A stretch of 64,000 nucleotides of DNA, taken from the NCBI GenBank assembly GCA_965243645.1, contig CBDEVD010000005.1, forward strand, positions 965,132-1,029,131, given 5' to 3'. Origin of the DNA: Arenicellales bacterium. Lineage in GTDB: Bacteria; Pseudomonadota; Gammaproteobacteria; Arenicellales; JAJDZL01. Position 1 is the first letter of the stretch. The number at the start of each line of letters is the position of its first letter. The notes below the pieces were generated by a model. That model did no database searches. It saw only the letters and a program-made list of their open reading frames with translations, and was not told where the DNA came from. The position numbers and the translations under genes were made by a program. Shown here one piece after another: positions 46,976-57,458 of this stretch.

Positions 46976-48244
46976 TCAGGAAATCCGCTTCATTGATTCG
47001 AAGAAGTCGGCATTGGTTTTGGTTTCCTTGAGCCGTTCGGTCAGCAGTTCAATCGCTTCCAGATCGTCGGATGAATGCAGGAGCTTGCGCAGTGCCCAAA
47101 TCATTTTCAACTCGGTCGGTTCGGTCAGCAAGTCTTCGCGACGCGTTCCAGAACGAGAGATGATGATGGACGGATAAACCCGTTTTTCGGCGATTCTGCG
47201 ATCAAGGTGGATTTCCATATTACCGGTGCCCTTGAATTCCTCATAGATGACTTCATCCATCTTGGAGCCAGTTTCAATTAAGGCTGTCGCCAGAATGGTA
47301 ATACTGCCACCTTCCTCAATGTTGCGGGCCGCACCAAAAAAACGTTTCGGCCGTTGCAGTGCATTGGAATCGACACCACCGGTGAGTACCTTACCGGAAG
47401 CGGGTGCCACGGTGTTATACGCACGGGCGAGTCGGGTAATGGAATCAAGCAGAATGACCACGTCGCGTTTGTGTTCGACCAGTCTTTTGGCTTTTTCGAT
47501 AACCATCTCCGCAACTTGAATATGGCGGGAGGCCGGTTCATCAAAGGTAGAGGAGACCACTTCGCCTCGCACTGAGCGCTGCATTTCGGTAACTTCTTCG
47601 GGGCGTTCATCGATTAGCAGTACGATCAACTCACATTCCGGGTTGTTGGCGGCAATCGAGTGGGCAACCTGTTGCAGCATGACGGTCTTCCCGGTTTTGG
47701 GAGATGAGACGATTAAGCCGCGTTGGCCTTTACCAATTGGGGCGACAAGATCGATTATTCGAGCGGTTAAGTCTTCGGAGCTGCCGTTACCGCGCTCAAG
47801 TCGAATGCGTTCATCAGGATGCAGCGGTGTGAGATTTTCAAACAGAACCTTGTCCCGCAGTCGGTCAAGCGGTTCATTGTTGATTTGTTCAACCTTGAGA
47901 AGCGCAAAGTAGCGCTCCGAGTCTTTGGGCGGTCGTACCAGGCCTGAAACTGTATCACCGGTACGCAGATTGAAACGGCGAATTTGACTTGGTGAGACGT
48001 AGATGTCATCGGGTCCAGCTAGATATGATCCCATCGGTGAGCGTAAAAAACCAAAGCCATCCTGCAAGGTTTCCATTACCCCTTCGCCGGTAATGTTACC
48101 GCCGTTTCGTGCTTCAGCTTTGAGAATGGCGAAAATCTGGTCCTGCTTTCTCATTCTCGAGACGCCGTTAATATTCGACCTGCGTGCAAGTTCGACCAGT
48201 TCTGTTGGTGATTTGGCTTTTAACTCGGTTAGGCTAATTCCCAT
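46976..48244 (-). CDS. rho: transcription termination factor Rho
   Basis: 422 aa, unmistakable Rho sequence (N-terminal [18 protein letters not shown], Walker A SPPKTGKT). Confidence 0.97.
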   Translation of the reverse strand: MGISLTELKAKSPTELVELARRSNINGVSRMRKQDQIFAILKAEARNGGNITGEGVMETLQDGFGFLRSPMGSYLAGPDDIYVSPSQIRRFNLRTGDTVSGLVRPPKDSERYFALLKVEQINNEPLDRLRDKVLFENLTPLHPDERIRLERGNGSSEDLTARIIDLVAPIGKGQRGLIVSSPKTGKTVMLQQVAHSIAANNPECELIVLLIDERPEEVTEMQRSVRGEVVSSTFDEPASRHIQVAEMVIEKAKRLVEHKRDVVILLDSITRLARAYNTVAPASGKVLTGGVDSNALQRPKRFFGAARNIEEGGSITILATALIETGSKMDEVIYEEFKGTGNMEIHLDRRIAEKRVYPSIIISRSGTRREDLLTEPTELKMIWALRKLLHSSDDLEAIELLTERLKETKTNADFFESMKRIS

Positions 48245-48390
48245 AAATATTGCCTCAGTTACGGCTGTAGATAGACCGGTGCCTCTATGGCACCGTTAAA
48301 GAAAAGATAAGATTGATTAAGGTATGGCAGGAAGTGATTAATGCACCCAATGGGTGCTCGGAATAATTCTATTGCCTCCAGGCGAATAAA

Positions 48391-48717
48391 TTAGACGGAT
48401 TCATCAATAAAAGTGGTCAATTGAGATTTCGAAACGGCCCCGACTTTGGTTGCTTCTACAACGCCGCCTTTAAAAATCATCAAAGTTGGAATTCCGCGAA
48501 TACCATAGTTGGTTGGAGTTTGCGGATTTTCGTCAATATTCAGTTTTGCAACTTTCAGCTTGCCTTCATATTCGCCCGCGACTTCTTCCAGTATCGGTGC
48601 GATCATTTTACAGGGGCCGCACCACTCAGCCCAATAGTCAACAATTACAGGAATTGCTGATTGCAGCACTTCGTCCTGAAAATTTGAATCGGTGACGTGT
48701 ATGATCGATTCTGTCAT
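48391..48717 (-). CDS. trxA: thioredoxin
   Basis: 108 aa with the WCGPC active site, upstream of rho as in many gammaproteobacteria. Confidence 0.97.
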   Translation of the reverse strand: MTESIIHVTDSNFQDEVLQSAIPVIVDYWAEWCGPCKMIAPILEEVAGEYEGKLKVAKLNIDENPQTPTNYGIRGIPTLMIFKGGVVEATKVGAVSKSQLTTFIDESV

Positions 48718-49163
48718 GTGAATAGTCTACGGGTTAACTCAAGAAAGTCTGCGCTACCAAATTCTGTTGAACTTGTTTTGGCAGGAGTGGTTATTTTATT
48801 TGCATTGACGAAAAAATTTTAGAATTTTCGTTTTTTTGCAATTGACAATTATCCAATTAAATTTGGCAGATTCTCAACTGTATCTCGCACAGTGAGAAAA
48901 ATCGTGTGCCAAGATTGTACCCAATTGAGCAAATAAAAAACAAGGTTTTTCGATCGAGTGCCATGATCATCAGCAATTGGCTTTTGACAAGCGGGTGCTC
49001 CCGAAATGATTTTTTCAGCAAATGGATCTTAGCAATTCCTGCATATTTATTAATTTGTTCACGCAGTGACAGGTATAGTAATGAAGTATCAAGTGATCGG
49101 TTTGGCCAACGAAATTACGCACCATCAGTGGTCTGAGGATTAGCTCGCACCAAGACTTGAATA

Positions 49164-50969
49164 TTGTGCGTCAGTCTCCGGAATAAAACGAAAAATAACA
49201 GCAGACTTGTGACATTGTCATCCCCGCCGTCTTCAAAATCCGCTAAACGTACCACTGCGTCCCAATGGTATGAACAAAATGCAGAGTATGCATCGAATAC
49301 CTACGAAAGTACCTCTTTTCGGGAGGTGCACGAACAAATGTTGGAGCTGTTGCCAAAAAAGGCAGGCACGGTGCTGGATGTAGGCTCGGGTTCGGGGAGA
49401 GATGCTGCCGGCTTAGCAGAATTGGGGCATCAAGTTGTTGCAGTTGAGCCAAACAATAAAATGCGCAACCGCGCCATGCAAATCCATTCGTCAGACAGAA
49501 TTCACTGGCTGAACGACAGTCTCCCTAAACTCAACAAAGTACGAAATTTTGCGCTCACGTATGACTTCATTCTTTTGAGTGGTGTATGGGTGCATGTCGC
49601 GCCCAATGAACGGCGGAGCACCTTTCGACGACTGGCCAGTTTATTGACTCCCGGTGGGATAATGTGCGTTACGCTTCGCCATGGTCCTGCGGATGCTGCG
49701 AGAGGATTTTGGGAAGCAAACTCAGAAGAAATCCTGCAACTTGCCCGTGATTTTGGCTTGTTTGCGACGCATGTCCGTGAAGAAGACGATCTACTGCGTC
49801 GTACCGGAATTTCCTGGACACGCATCGTTTTAAGATCACCGGGTGATGGCACCGGATCGCTCCCACTGTTGCGAGGAATCATACTAAATGACAGCAAGAG
49901 TTCAACGTACAAATTGGCACTGTTACGCGTGCTGGTGCGTATTTCTCAGTCTGCAGGCGGTATGGCACGATTGAAGAGTACAGACTACGTTGAACTTCCG
50001 CTGGGACTATTTGCACTCTACTGGCTGCGGCTATATCGGCCTTTGCTAGCGGAAAATCTACCGCAACTTCCGGACAATGTATCAGGTGGTGTAAGGCTCG
50101 GATTTGCGAAAGAGGCCTTTCAAAAACTACACAGTTTATCGGCACTGGATTTTCGGGTGGGAGCAAGATTCCAGTCAAGTTACGCAAAAACTGTCCATCA
50201 AGCACTTCAAACAATCTGTGCAACGCTGACAAAAATGCCTATGCACCACATTACGTATCCAGGCAGTTCAGAGCAGGTCTTTGTTTCGAAAAAAGCCACT
50301 GCAACATTCAATCCAAGGCAATTGATTTTGAACTCTGACTATCTGTTCAGTTTTGGCTGTGTCAAAATTCCCTATGAACTCTGGCAGAGCGCCCAGAAGT
50401 TTGGCGCATGGATAGAACCCGCAATAATTGCCGAGTGGAAGCTGTTGATGAAGCGTTACGCGTACAAGCAGGATCGGGTTCTCGATCCTGAATCAATGGA
50501 ACGAGCCTTGATCTGGAGCGAACCCAGTCGGACGACAACCTTTTCCCGCAGCAGAGCACTGCGTTTGTACGAAGATGGTGTGATTCGACATTGTGTTTGG
50601 TCTGGCAAGAGACTAAGCTCAAATACGATTGACATCGATCATTGTTTTCCTTACTCAGCCTGGCCTTGTGATGATTTGTGGAATTTATTACCGACTGCAC
50701 GCAGTGTGAATCAAAAACAAAAGCGTGAGAAAATACCGAGTCTACTGAAACTAAATGACTCTAGGGATAGGATTCTGAACTGGTGGAACTGCGCTTATAT
50801 CAATGACGAGGCCATCGTTGAGGATCAGTTTTTTACGGAAGCCGCTGCAAGTTTACGGCTCGATTTGGGCTCGTCTCAACATCTGGATGATGTATTCGAT
50901 TCGGTATCAATACAGCAGACTCAGTTGAAATTCAATCAGCAAATCCCTGAATGGAACGATTCCGGATGA
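49164..50969 (+). CDS. fusion protein: class I SAM-dependent methyltransferase, an unknown central domain and a C-terminal HNH endonuclease
   Basis: MTase motifs VLDVGSGSGRDA, VVAVEPN, LTPGGIMCV. HNH-like core IDIDHCFPYSAWPCDDLWNLLPTARSVNQKQKREK. There is no ATG before MLELL. The likely start is GTG 49209 (VTLSSPPSS...) or TTG 49164. Confidence 0.7.
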   Translation: MCVSLRNKTKNNSRLVTLSSPPSSKSAKRTTASQWYEQNAEYASNTYESTSFREVHEQMLELLPKKAGTVLDVGSGSGRDAAGLAELGHQVVAVEPNNKMRNRAMQIHSSDRIHWLNDSLPKLNKVRNFALTYDFILLSGVWVHVAPNERRSTFRRLASLLTPGGIMCVTLRHGPADAARGFWEANSEEILQLARDFGLFATHVREEDDLLRRTGISWTRIVLRSPGDGTGSLPLLRGIILNDSKSSTYKLALLRVLVRISQSAGGMARLKSTDYVELPLGLFALYWLRLYRPLLAENLPQLPDNVSGGVRLGFAKEAFQKLHSLSALDFRVGARFQSSYAKTVHQALQTICATLTKMPMHHITYPGSSEQVFVSKKATATFNPRQLILNSDYLFSFGCVKIPYELWQSAQKFGAWIEPAIIAEWKLLMKRYAYKQDRVLDPESMERALIWSEPSRTTTFSRSRALRLYEDGVIRHCVWSGKRLSSNTIDIDHCFPYSAWPCDDLWNLLPTARSVNQKQKREKIPSLLKLNDSRDRILNWWNCAYINDEAIVEDQFFTEAAASLRLDLGSSQHLDDVFDSVSIQQTQLKFNQQIPEWNDSG

Positions 50970-51245
50970 CGCTTTCACTGGTGCTGAGATGTAAAGATGA
51001 ATTGTCGTGGCTTCTCCAGTTCCGATTATTTCGCTAGGTTTGCGTTTTTTGAGTTCTACGTTGCTATTGCAATCGTCTGTGCTGAATGTGCCTGATGATG
51101 GCAGTGCTTCACTCTCGTTAAGCGGATGTGATCTTATTAGTGATATTCACGACTCACCTTATCAAAGATAATAGGCTTCGACGTTTACCGGACTGATTCC
51201 TGTTGTAAGCGCCCAGCATTGACGAAACCCTAATTTCTAAAAAGT

Positions 51246-51839
51246 ATGAAGATCTCCGAACGAATACAACATGTAATTGAGACTGAAGCGCAAGCAATCC
51301 GATCAATTCAAGTTACCCCTGCATTTGCAGAGGCTGTTGAATTGCTGCTGTCCTGTCGCAACAAGATTTTGACGACTGGAATGGGTAAAGCGGGATTGAT
51401 TGCCAAGAAGTTTGCCGTCACGCTTTGTTCAACCGGCACTCCTGCAGTTTATATCCATCCCGGTGAAGCAGCACATGGAGACTTGGGTGTTATTTCCAAG
51501 TCCGATTGTCTGGTGGCATTTTCAACCAGTGGTAAAACGCGAGAAGTGATCGAGATGCTCAGCCTGGCGCAGCACCTGGGGCTCGGTAAAGTGGTCGGTG
51601 TGACTTCCCACCCAGAGTCAGAATTACGCGGATATTGCGACATCATCCTCGAAATGGGCGAGATCAAGGAGCCTTGTCCGCTGGGTTTGACGCCGTCAGC
51701 CAGTATCGCGGCAATGAATGCGATTGCTGACGCGGTGACCTTGGCACTGATGGAACAAAAAGGCATTACCAAACAACAGTATGGACTACGTCATCACGGC
51801 GGTTATCTCGGTCGGGTTGCCCGACTCGATAACGAGTAA
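51246..51839 (+). CDS. SIS domain protein (KpsF/GutQ-like isomerase core without CBS pair)
   Basis: 197 aa with TGMGKAGLIAKKFAVTLCSTGTPA, HGDLGV and FSTSGKTRE motifs. Confidence 0.75.
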   Translation: MKISERIQHVIETEAQAIRSIQVTPAFAEAVELLLSCRNKILTTGMGKAGLIAKKFAVTLCSTGTPAVYIHPGEAAHGDLGVISKSDCLVAFSTSGKTREVIEMLSLAQHLGLGKVVGVTSHPESELRGYCDIILEMGEIKEPCPLGLTPSASIAAMNAIADAVTLALMEQKGITKQQYGLRHHGGYLGRVARLDNE

Positions 51840-51856
51840 TCTCGCCCAGCGGGTTG

Positions 51857-54166
51857 TTACTCGAGGGGATTTTGGAGTAACGACCAGACCGCAAACGGCG
51901 TTGCTGGTGGTTTGATCACGACAAACCGACCCGCGCGGCTCAAAAGGTCGGAGAGTGCATTACCGATTGCACCAGGTGCACCGAGATTGGCAACCTCGCC
52001 AACTCCCTTGACGCCGAGTGGGTTTGTTTTGCACGGTGTTGGCACCTTGTCAAGCTTGATGAACGGTAAGTCTTGCGCTCGCGGCAGTTGGTAGTCCATC
52101 AGTGAGCCGCTCAGCACCTGACCGCTTTGTTCGTCGTCGAATCGTATGGCCTCCATCAAGGAAGTGCCGACAGCTTGTGCCCAAGACCCGTGTAGTTGGC
52201 CGTCGACTATTTGTGGAAATAGTACGCGCCCAATATCATCCACGCCGACCAGTTGAATAATTCGAATGACGCCGGTATCGGGGTCACACTCCAGTTCCGC
52301 CACGTATGCACCACAGGGATGTGTTGTATTGATCCCCGCAAAATTCGCTTCCCCGACGCAGCTCGACTCATCATTTGATTGCATTTCTATCTGGGTATCC
52401 AGCCCGGCTAGTTTCAGACGCCGATCAGTTCCAGGAACGTAAAATTCACCGGCTGCGTACGCGAGGTCATCAGGACGAACTTCAAGTGTGTCTGATGCGA
52501 TTCGCCGCGCATTATCAAGCAAATTTTCTACAGCCCGGACCACAGTTGTTCCTGCAATTGCAACCAATGAAGAACCACCAGTACCGCCTCCGATCGGATA
52601 CTCGGCTGTGTCACCCTGAATCACTTTGATTCTTGACGGGTCGATTTCCATGACATCGGCAACCAGTGCGGCGAGTGTTGTCGCATGTCCTTGTCCACCC
52701 GCCTGCGTTCCCGTCAAAACCTGAACACCGCCGCCCGCTATTAGCTTCACTTGGCATGCTTCACTAACCGAACCCCCAGTGGAGTGCATGTACATGCCAA
52801 GTCCAATACCTCGTAGCAAACCTGATTGTTCAGCCAATCTCCGTCGTCGGGGGAAATCGTTCCAATCTGATTGTTCGACGACACGATTAAGCAGCATTGT
52901 AAAGTTCCCACTGTCAATGGTTTGCCCGTTCAGCATCGAATATGGGAGGTTTTCAGGCTGTACAAAATTCCTTTTTCGCAGCTCCAACCGATCGATGTTG
53001 AGTTCAAATGCCGCCTTATCGATCAATTGCTCAAGGGTACAGACCGTTTCTGGTTTGCCGGCGCCTCGATAGGCATCGGTTGGCGGCGCATTGGTAAAAA
53101 CACCACGGTTTCGAAAATAAAGACAAGGAATCTTATAAGTGTGTCCTACGACCGTGTATGCATATACTGAGGCAATTGAGGCGCCGACATAGCTTAGGTA
53201 GGCGCCTAAATCTGAAATCGTATCGCACTGATAGGCTGTAATGTGTCCCTCTTGATCGAATCCCAGCTGGGCATAATCCACTCTGGCCCGTCCCTGGCAA
53301 TCTGCGAGGAATGATTCTGATCGGGTGGCTGTCCACCCCACCGGCTGCCCGGTTTTTTGTGTGCTTATCAAGACCAGGGCGTATTCGGGATAGGGAAAAA
53401 TTTTCATCCCAAAACTGCCACCCACATCCTTGGTGATGACGCGTAAGCCATTCGGCGGAAGGTGCAGTATGTCTTCGGTCAGCACGCGGTGAATCATGTG
53501 AACACCTTGTGTTTGTACATTGAGGACCAGTTGTTCAGCCTCGAAATCGTAATGCGCCACTGCAGATCTGGGTTCTATGGGTGTGATTGCCATTCTTGGG
53601 TGGTCGACTTTAATTGAAACGACATGCGCGGCTTCGGATAGTGCTCGCGCTACCTCGTGGGCATCACCGCGGCTAAAGTCATAGCTTAGATTGTGTTGTG
53701 TGTCGCACCAGATATCGGCTGAATCAGTCATCGCGTTTTCAACGTTGCTGTTCGATGGCAGCTGTTCGTAGTCGACATCGATACATTCGGCGGCCTGGAT
53801 TGCATTGGCGAGTGTGTCCGCAACAACAAACGCAACAGGCTCACCAACATGACGAACCCGATTGGTTGCCAGCACATCACGGCGTGGTTTAAAGATCGAC
53901 CCGTCTTGCGGATCTGGAAAGGCTGAAACGCAAGGTAGTGGTCCGATACCATCGGCAAGCAAGTCTGCACCAGTGAGAACCAGCTTTACTCCGGGTGACA
54001 GTAATGCTACGTTTGTATCAATATGATGGATAACTGCGTGTGGATAAGGAGACCGAAGAACATGTCCGACCAGATGTTGAGTGCCAGTCAGATCGTCTAC
54101 GAAGCGACCGCGGCCGGTCACCAGGCGGTGATCTTCCTGTCTTGGTTTCGTGCTGAGCGAATTCAT
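51857..54166 (-). CDS. xanthine dehydrogenase/aldehyde oxidase family molybdopterin-binding large subunit
   Basis: About 769 aa. The N-terminal PRQEDHRLVTGRGRFVDDL a/b-hammerhead start and GGSFG motif are typical. ATG 54166 is preferred over 54211. Confidence 0.85.
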   Translation of the reverse strand: MNSLSTKPRQEDHRLVTGRGRFVDDLTGTQHLVGHVLRSPYPHAVIHHIDTNVALLSPGVKLVLTGADLLADGIGPLPCVSAFPDPQDGSIFKPRRDVLATNRVRHVGEPVAFVVADTLANAIQAAECIDVDYEQLPSNSNVENAMTDSADIWCDTQHNLSYDFSRGDAHEVARALSEAAHVVSIKVDHPRMAITPIEPRSAVAHYDFEAEQLVLNVQTQGVHMIHRVLTEDILHLPPNGLRVITKDVGGSFGMKIFPYPEYALVLISTQKTGQPVGWTATRSESFLADCQGRARVDYAQLGFDQEGHITAYQCDTISDLGAYLSYVGASIASVYAYTVVGHTYKIPCLYFRNRGVFTNAPPTDAYRGAGKPETVCTLEQLIDKAAFELNIDRLELRKRNFVQPENLPYSMLNGQTIDSGNFTMLLNRVVEQSDWNDFPRRRRLAEQSGLLRGIGLGMYMHSTGGSVSEACQVKLIAGGGVQVLTGTQAGGQGHATTLAALVADVMEIDPSRIKVIQGDTAEYPIGGGTGGSSLVAIAGTTVVRAVENLLDNARRIASDTLEVRPDDLAYAAGEFYVPGTDRRLKLAGLDTQIEMQSNDESSCVGEANFAGINTTHPCGAYVAELECDPDTGVIRIIQLVGVDDIGRVLFPQIVDGQLHGSWAQAVGTSLMEAIRFDDEQSGQVLSGSLMDYQLPRAQDLPFIKLDKVPTPCKTNPLGVKGVGEVANLGAPGAIGNALSDLLSRAGRFVVIKPPATPFAVWSLLQNPLE

Positions 54167-54275
54167 GCAGATAATATTGAATTGACAGTCGGGAGTAAGG
54201 AATCCAGACAAATATACAAGAAGGCCTAGCGCGACGCTTCATGATGAATGTCATTGGCCTGAATTTATTCTTGAC

Positions 54276-55184
54276 TCAACCACCCAACAACAGGAGCACA
54301 ATTCCGCCACAAATCAAGATGATGCCCAATAGTTCTGGTGTGCTGACCCGTTCTCGAAAGAATACTGTCGTGGCGACAAAGGTAAATAGCAATTCAATCT
54401 GTCCAAGCGCTCGTACATAGCCAGCGTTCTGCAGGGTAAAGGCAGAGAACCAGCAGATAGAAGCCAAAGCTCCCGCGGTACCGGCAGCACCCGCCCACCG
54501 CCATTCGCGTAGTACTCGCATAAATTCACCGGGCTGGCGTACGATCAGGTAACCGCCCATCAGTACGGTTTGGATGATCAGCGCGACAAACAGAGTCCAA
54601 GCTGCACTGATCATGAAGTTGTCGTATTGCAAAGCTAACGACGCACCTCGATAGAATACCGACGAGCCACCCAGCCATACAGCCGTGATCAGCCCAATCA
54701 GAGTAGGACGACGAAACAGACCGATACGTAAGCTGCTTAACGTCAGTTTATTTTGACCGACTGATAACAATATTACGCCGAATGACGAGATGACAATGGC
54801 TCCGATTGCTAAGTGACTCAGCCAGTCGCCGAGCAACACTGCACCGAGTAATACGACAACAATCACCTCCAGCTTGGAGAAAGTTGTACCGACCGCGAAA
54901 CTCTTAAACGAAAACATCCACAGCAAACACGCAGTAAATAGAATCTGGCAGATTCCACCCAACAGGCAAAACCAAAGAAATTTGGAGTTGCTGACTGGCA
55001 GTGGGTGGTCACCACTGCCGAGAAGCAGCCACAAATACACGCCCGCGATGGGCAGTGCGTAGAGAAACCGAGCATAACTGGCACCGCCGACCGACAACCG
55101 TTGCTTGAGATGTTTTTGCAGCGCGGAGCGAATGTTTTGAAAAAACGCTGCCGCGATCGTTATGAAGATCCAGGTTTCAGGCAT
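54276..55184 (-). CDS. DMT superfamily (EamA-like) transporter
   Basis: 302 aa, ten predicted helices and a two-repeat EamA architecture. Confidence 0.75.
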   Translation of the reverse strand: MPETWIFITIAAAFFQNIRSALQKHLKQRLSVGGASYARFLYALPIAGVYLWLLLGSGDHPLPVSNSKFLWFCLLGGICQILFTACLLWMFSFKSFAVGTTFSKLEVIVVVLLGAVLLGDWLSHLAIGAIVISSFGVILLSVGQNKLTLSSLRIGLFRRPTLIGLITAVWLGGSSVFYRGASLALQYDNFMISAAWTLFVALIIQTVLMGGYLIVRQPGEFMRVLREWRWAGAAGTAGALASICWFSAFTLQNAGYVRALGQIELLFTFVATTVFFRERVSTPELLGIILICGGIVLLLLGG

Positions 55185-55332
55185 AGGTCATGGAAGTGCA
55201 GTCCAATCACATAATTTGAACTCACTTATCAATTTTTGGCATTCCTGTCGATTGACTGAGTGTTGTATATTAAATTGCGTCGATTAACCAAAAACTAATC
55301 GGATTTCAATTACTCGGAGAATAATTTGTCCT

Positions 55333-56343
55333 ATGGTCCAGGCAATCCTTAAGCAAACTTGGTCAGAATCGGAAGTGCAGGCATTATTTGAGTTGCCTTT
55401 CAGTGATTTGCTGTACCAGGCGCAAACTGTCCATCGACAAAGTTTTGAGCCCAATCAGGTACAAAAAAGTCGGTTGGTCAATATCAAGACAGGCGGCTGT
55501 CCTGAAGATTGCAAGTACTGCAGCCAGTCAATTCGATACTCGACCGAGGTAGAGCCAAGCAAATTGATGTCAATCGAAGCAGTTATAGCCGATGCCAAGT
55601 CGGCCAAGGCTGATGGGGCGAGCCGCTATTGTATGGGTGCCGCCTGGCGCGGACCGAAGCCCAGTCACATGGATAAGCTCTGTACCATGATCAGTGAAGT
55701 TAAGGCACTGGGACTTGAAACCTGTATGACCTTGGGCTTATTGAATCAAGACCAGGCGATGCAGTTAAAGGCTGCAGGACTTGATTATTACAACCACAAC
55801 GTTGACACCTCCCCCGAATACTATCAGGAAATCATCACTACGCGTACCTTTGAAGATCGTCTGCAGACGATTGACTACGTTCGCGAAGCCGGTATGAAAG
55901 TGTGTTGTGGGGGTATTCTTGGTATGGGTGAATCACAACAGGATCGCGGCAGTATGCTGCGGGTACTTGCCAACATGGAAGAGCCACCGGAAAGCGTGCC
56001 GATCAACGTATTGGTACCAATTCCGGGCACACCGCTAGAAAATGCCAAACCCGTCGAACCGATTGAATTTGTTCGTACCATTGCGGTTGCTAGAATCATG
56101 CTGCCAAAATCAGTGCTCCGGCTGTCAGCCGGACGCCGTACGATGTCTGAAGAGCTGCAGGCACTGTGCTTTTTTGCGGGTGCCAATTCCATTTTTGTGG
56201 GGGATCGACTGTTGACGACCGACAATATCGAATACGATCATGACTCGGCATTATTTAGCAAATTGGGTATTGAAGAAATGCCACCTGCGAAATTCGACGA
56301 GCCCGCGATGGCGCCTCCAATCAGGGTCGCGGTAGCGCAATGA
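55333..56343 (+). CDS. bioB: biotin synthase
   Basis: Radical [14 protein letters not shown] motif and YNHNVDTS. Confidence 0.95.
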   Translation: MVQAILKQTWSESEVQALFELPFSDLLYQAQTVHRQSFEPNQVQKSRLVNIKTGGCPEDCKYCSQSIRYSTEVEPSKLMSIEAVIADAKSAKADGASRYCMGAAWRGPKPSHMDKLCTMISEVKALGLETCMTLGLLNQDQAMQLKAAGLDYYNHNVDTSPEYYQEIITTRTFEDRLQTIDYVREAGMKVCCGGILGMGESQQDRGSMLRVLANMEEPPESVPINVLVPIPGTPLENAKPVEPIEFVRTIAVARIMLPKSVLRLSAGRRTMSEELQALCFFAGANSIFVGDRLLTTDNIEYDHDSALFSKLGIEEMPPAKFDEPAMAPPIRVAVAQ

Positions 56344-57044
56344 CTGAAATCCCAAAACTTGTTGCGGAGTTTACGAGCAACAATAAAGATCTTACCGAGT
56401 GGAGTGACCAGGTCTTTATGGCACTTTGCATGGATGACCGGTTACGCTGGATGTTCTTCAATACACTGTCCTATATGGAGCACATTGGCAGCTACAAAAT
56501 CATGGCTACCCAGCAAGGCGATGTCATCGATTATCCAACCTTGAAGCACCTTAACGAGGAAACCGGGCATGCAGTGCTGTTCAAACGGCATGCTGAAAGG
56601 TTTAAAGGGACCGGGCTGGATTATTCCGAATCAGCGCTGATCGCGCCGGCATCCGCGCGTGCTTACTTTGGTCGATTGGAAGCGACGATGGTGCGCTATT
56701 TTGGGCGCAATGCCAACTATCGCACGATCTATCTTTATATGTCGCTGATTGTCGAATTCCGGGCGGTTTGGGGTTATGATATTCTTCAAAGCTGTATTGA
56801 GCGCAGTAGCCTGGATTTCTCCCTAACCAAGCTTCTCGCCGAGGAGCAGGGACATCTCAATAGTATGGTTCGAAGGCTTGATGAAGATGCGCTCTTGTCC
56901 AAATCACATATTGAATATTTCTGGACACGGGAAAGAATGCTTTACGTACGGCTGATGAAAGCCATTGAGCGTGAATTCGACCAGAAAACTGTTTACCACA
57001 CTGTTATCGAGTCAACAACTCCAGCCGTATTTCCTCCAGCATAA
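56340..57044 (+). CDS. ferritin-like diiron-carboxylate family protein of unknown function
   Basis: 234 aa. Two E...ExxH pairs (YMEHIG / NEETGHA and IVEFRA / AEEQGHL) have spacing suggestive of a four-helix-bundle diiron site. The start overlaps the bioB stop (ATGA). Confidence 0.55.
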   Translation: MTEIPKLVAEFTSNNKDLTEWSDQVFMALCMDDRLRWMFFNTLSYMEHIGSYKIMATQQGDVIDYPTLKHLNEETGHAVLFKRHAERFKGTGLDYSESALIAPASARAYFGRLEATMVRYFGRNANYRTIYLYMSLIVEFRAVWGYDILQSCIERSSLDFSLTKLLAEEQGHLNSMVRRLDEDALLSKSHIEYFWTRERMLYVRLMKAIEREFDQKTVYHTVIESTTPAVFPPA

Positions 57045-57458
57045 AGACACCCACTGTCTTTGCACTAGCCTTAAATAAGTCGCGTAGTGATACGCGTGTT
57101 CACAATTAACAATTGATCTGTGTAGTAGGGATAACCGCATCGCACTGTAGGGACTGGAGCTAATGAATTATTTTATAAGGACTATAGTCCATCAAATAAC
57201 CATCAAATAATAGATCGCGTTTCGATTAAATTCTTATTTAGATCTAATTATTAATATAAATAACAATATAAACAGTATTTTATATATTCCGCTGTTGGAA
57301 CTGACTACTACCAGATTCCGATTGATTTCAGTTTTCAGAAGACATGGACGGAATGATTGATTGATCCAAAACCCACGAAACTCAAGTATTCCTGTCAAAA
57401 GAAACGCAGGCGATGACCAAGAAATATCAATCGGCATCGCATTACTATCAAATAACAA

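Noticed and set aside
48343-48357. Hairpin GCACCC-aat-GGGTGC between trxA and rho
   Set aside because: The stem is short (6 bp) and has no following U-tract on the minus strand. It could be part of the rho leader, but there is no support for a specific function.
48906-49136. 76-aa plus-strand ORF upstream of the methyltransferase-HNH gene
   Set aside because: It lies in an AT-rich spacer, its composition is odd (hydrophobic and Ser-rich), and it has no start context or motifs. This is probably non-coding promoter DNA for trxA and/or the fusion gene.
55245-55332. Possible BirA operator upstream of bioB (TTGTATATT ... AATTAACCAA)
   Set aside because: Only about 5 of 9 positions are symmetric, and the match to the E. 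coli bioO half-site (TTGTAAACC) is poor. I cannot distinguish it from chance in AT-rich DNA.
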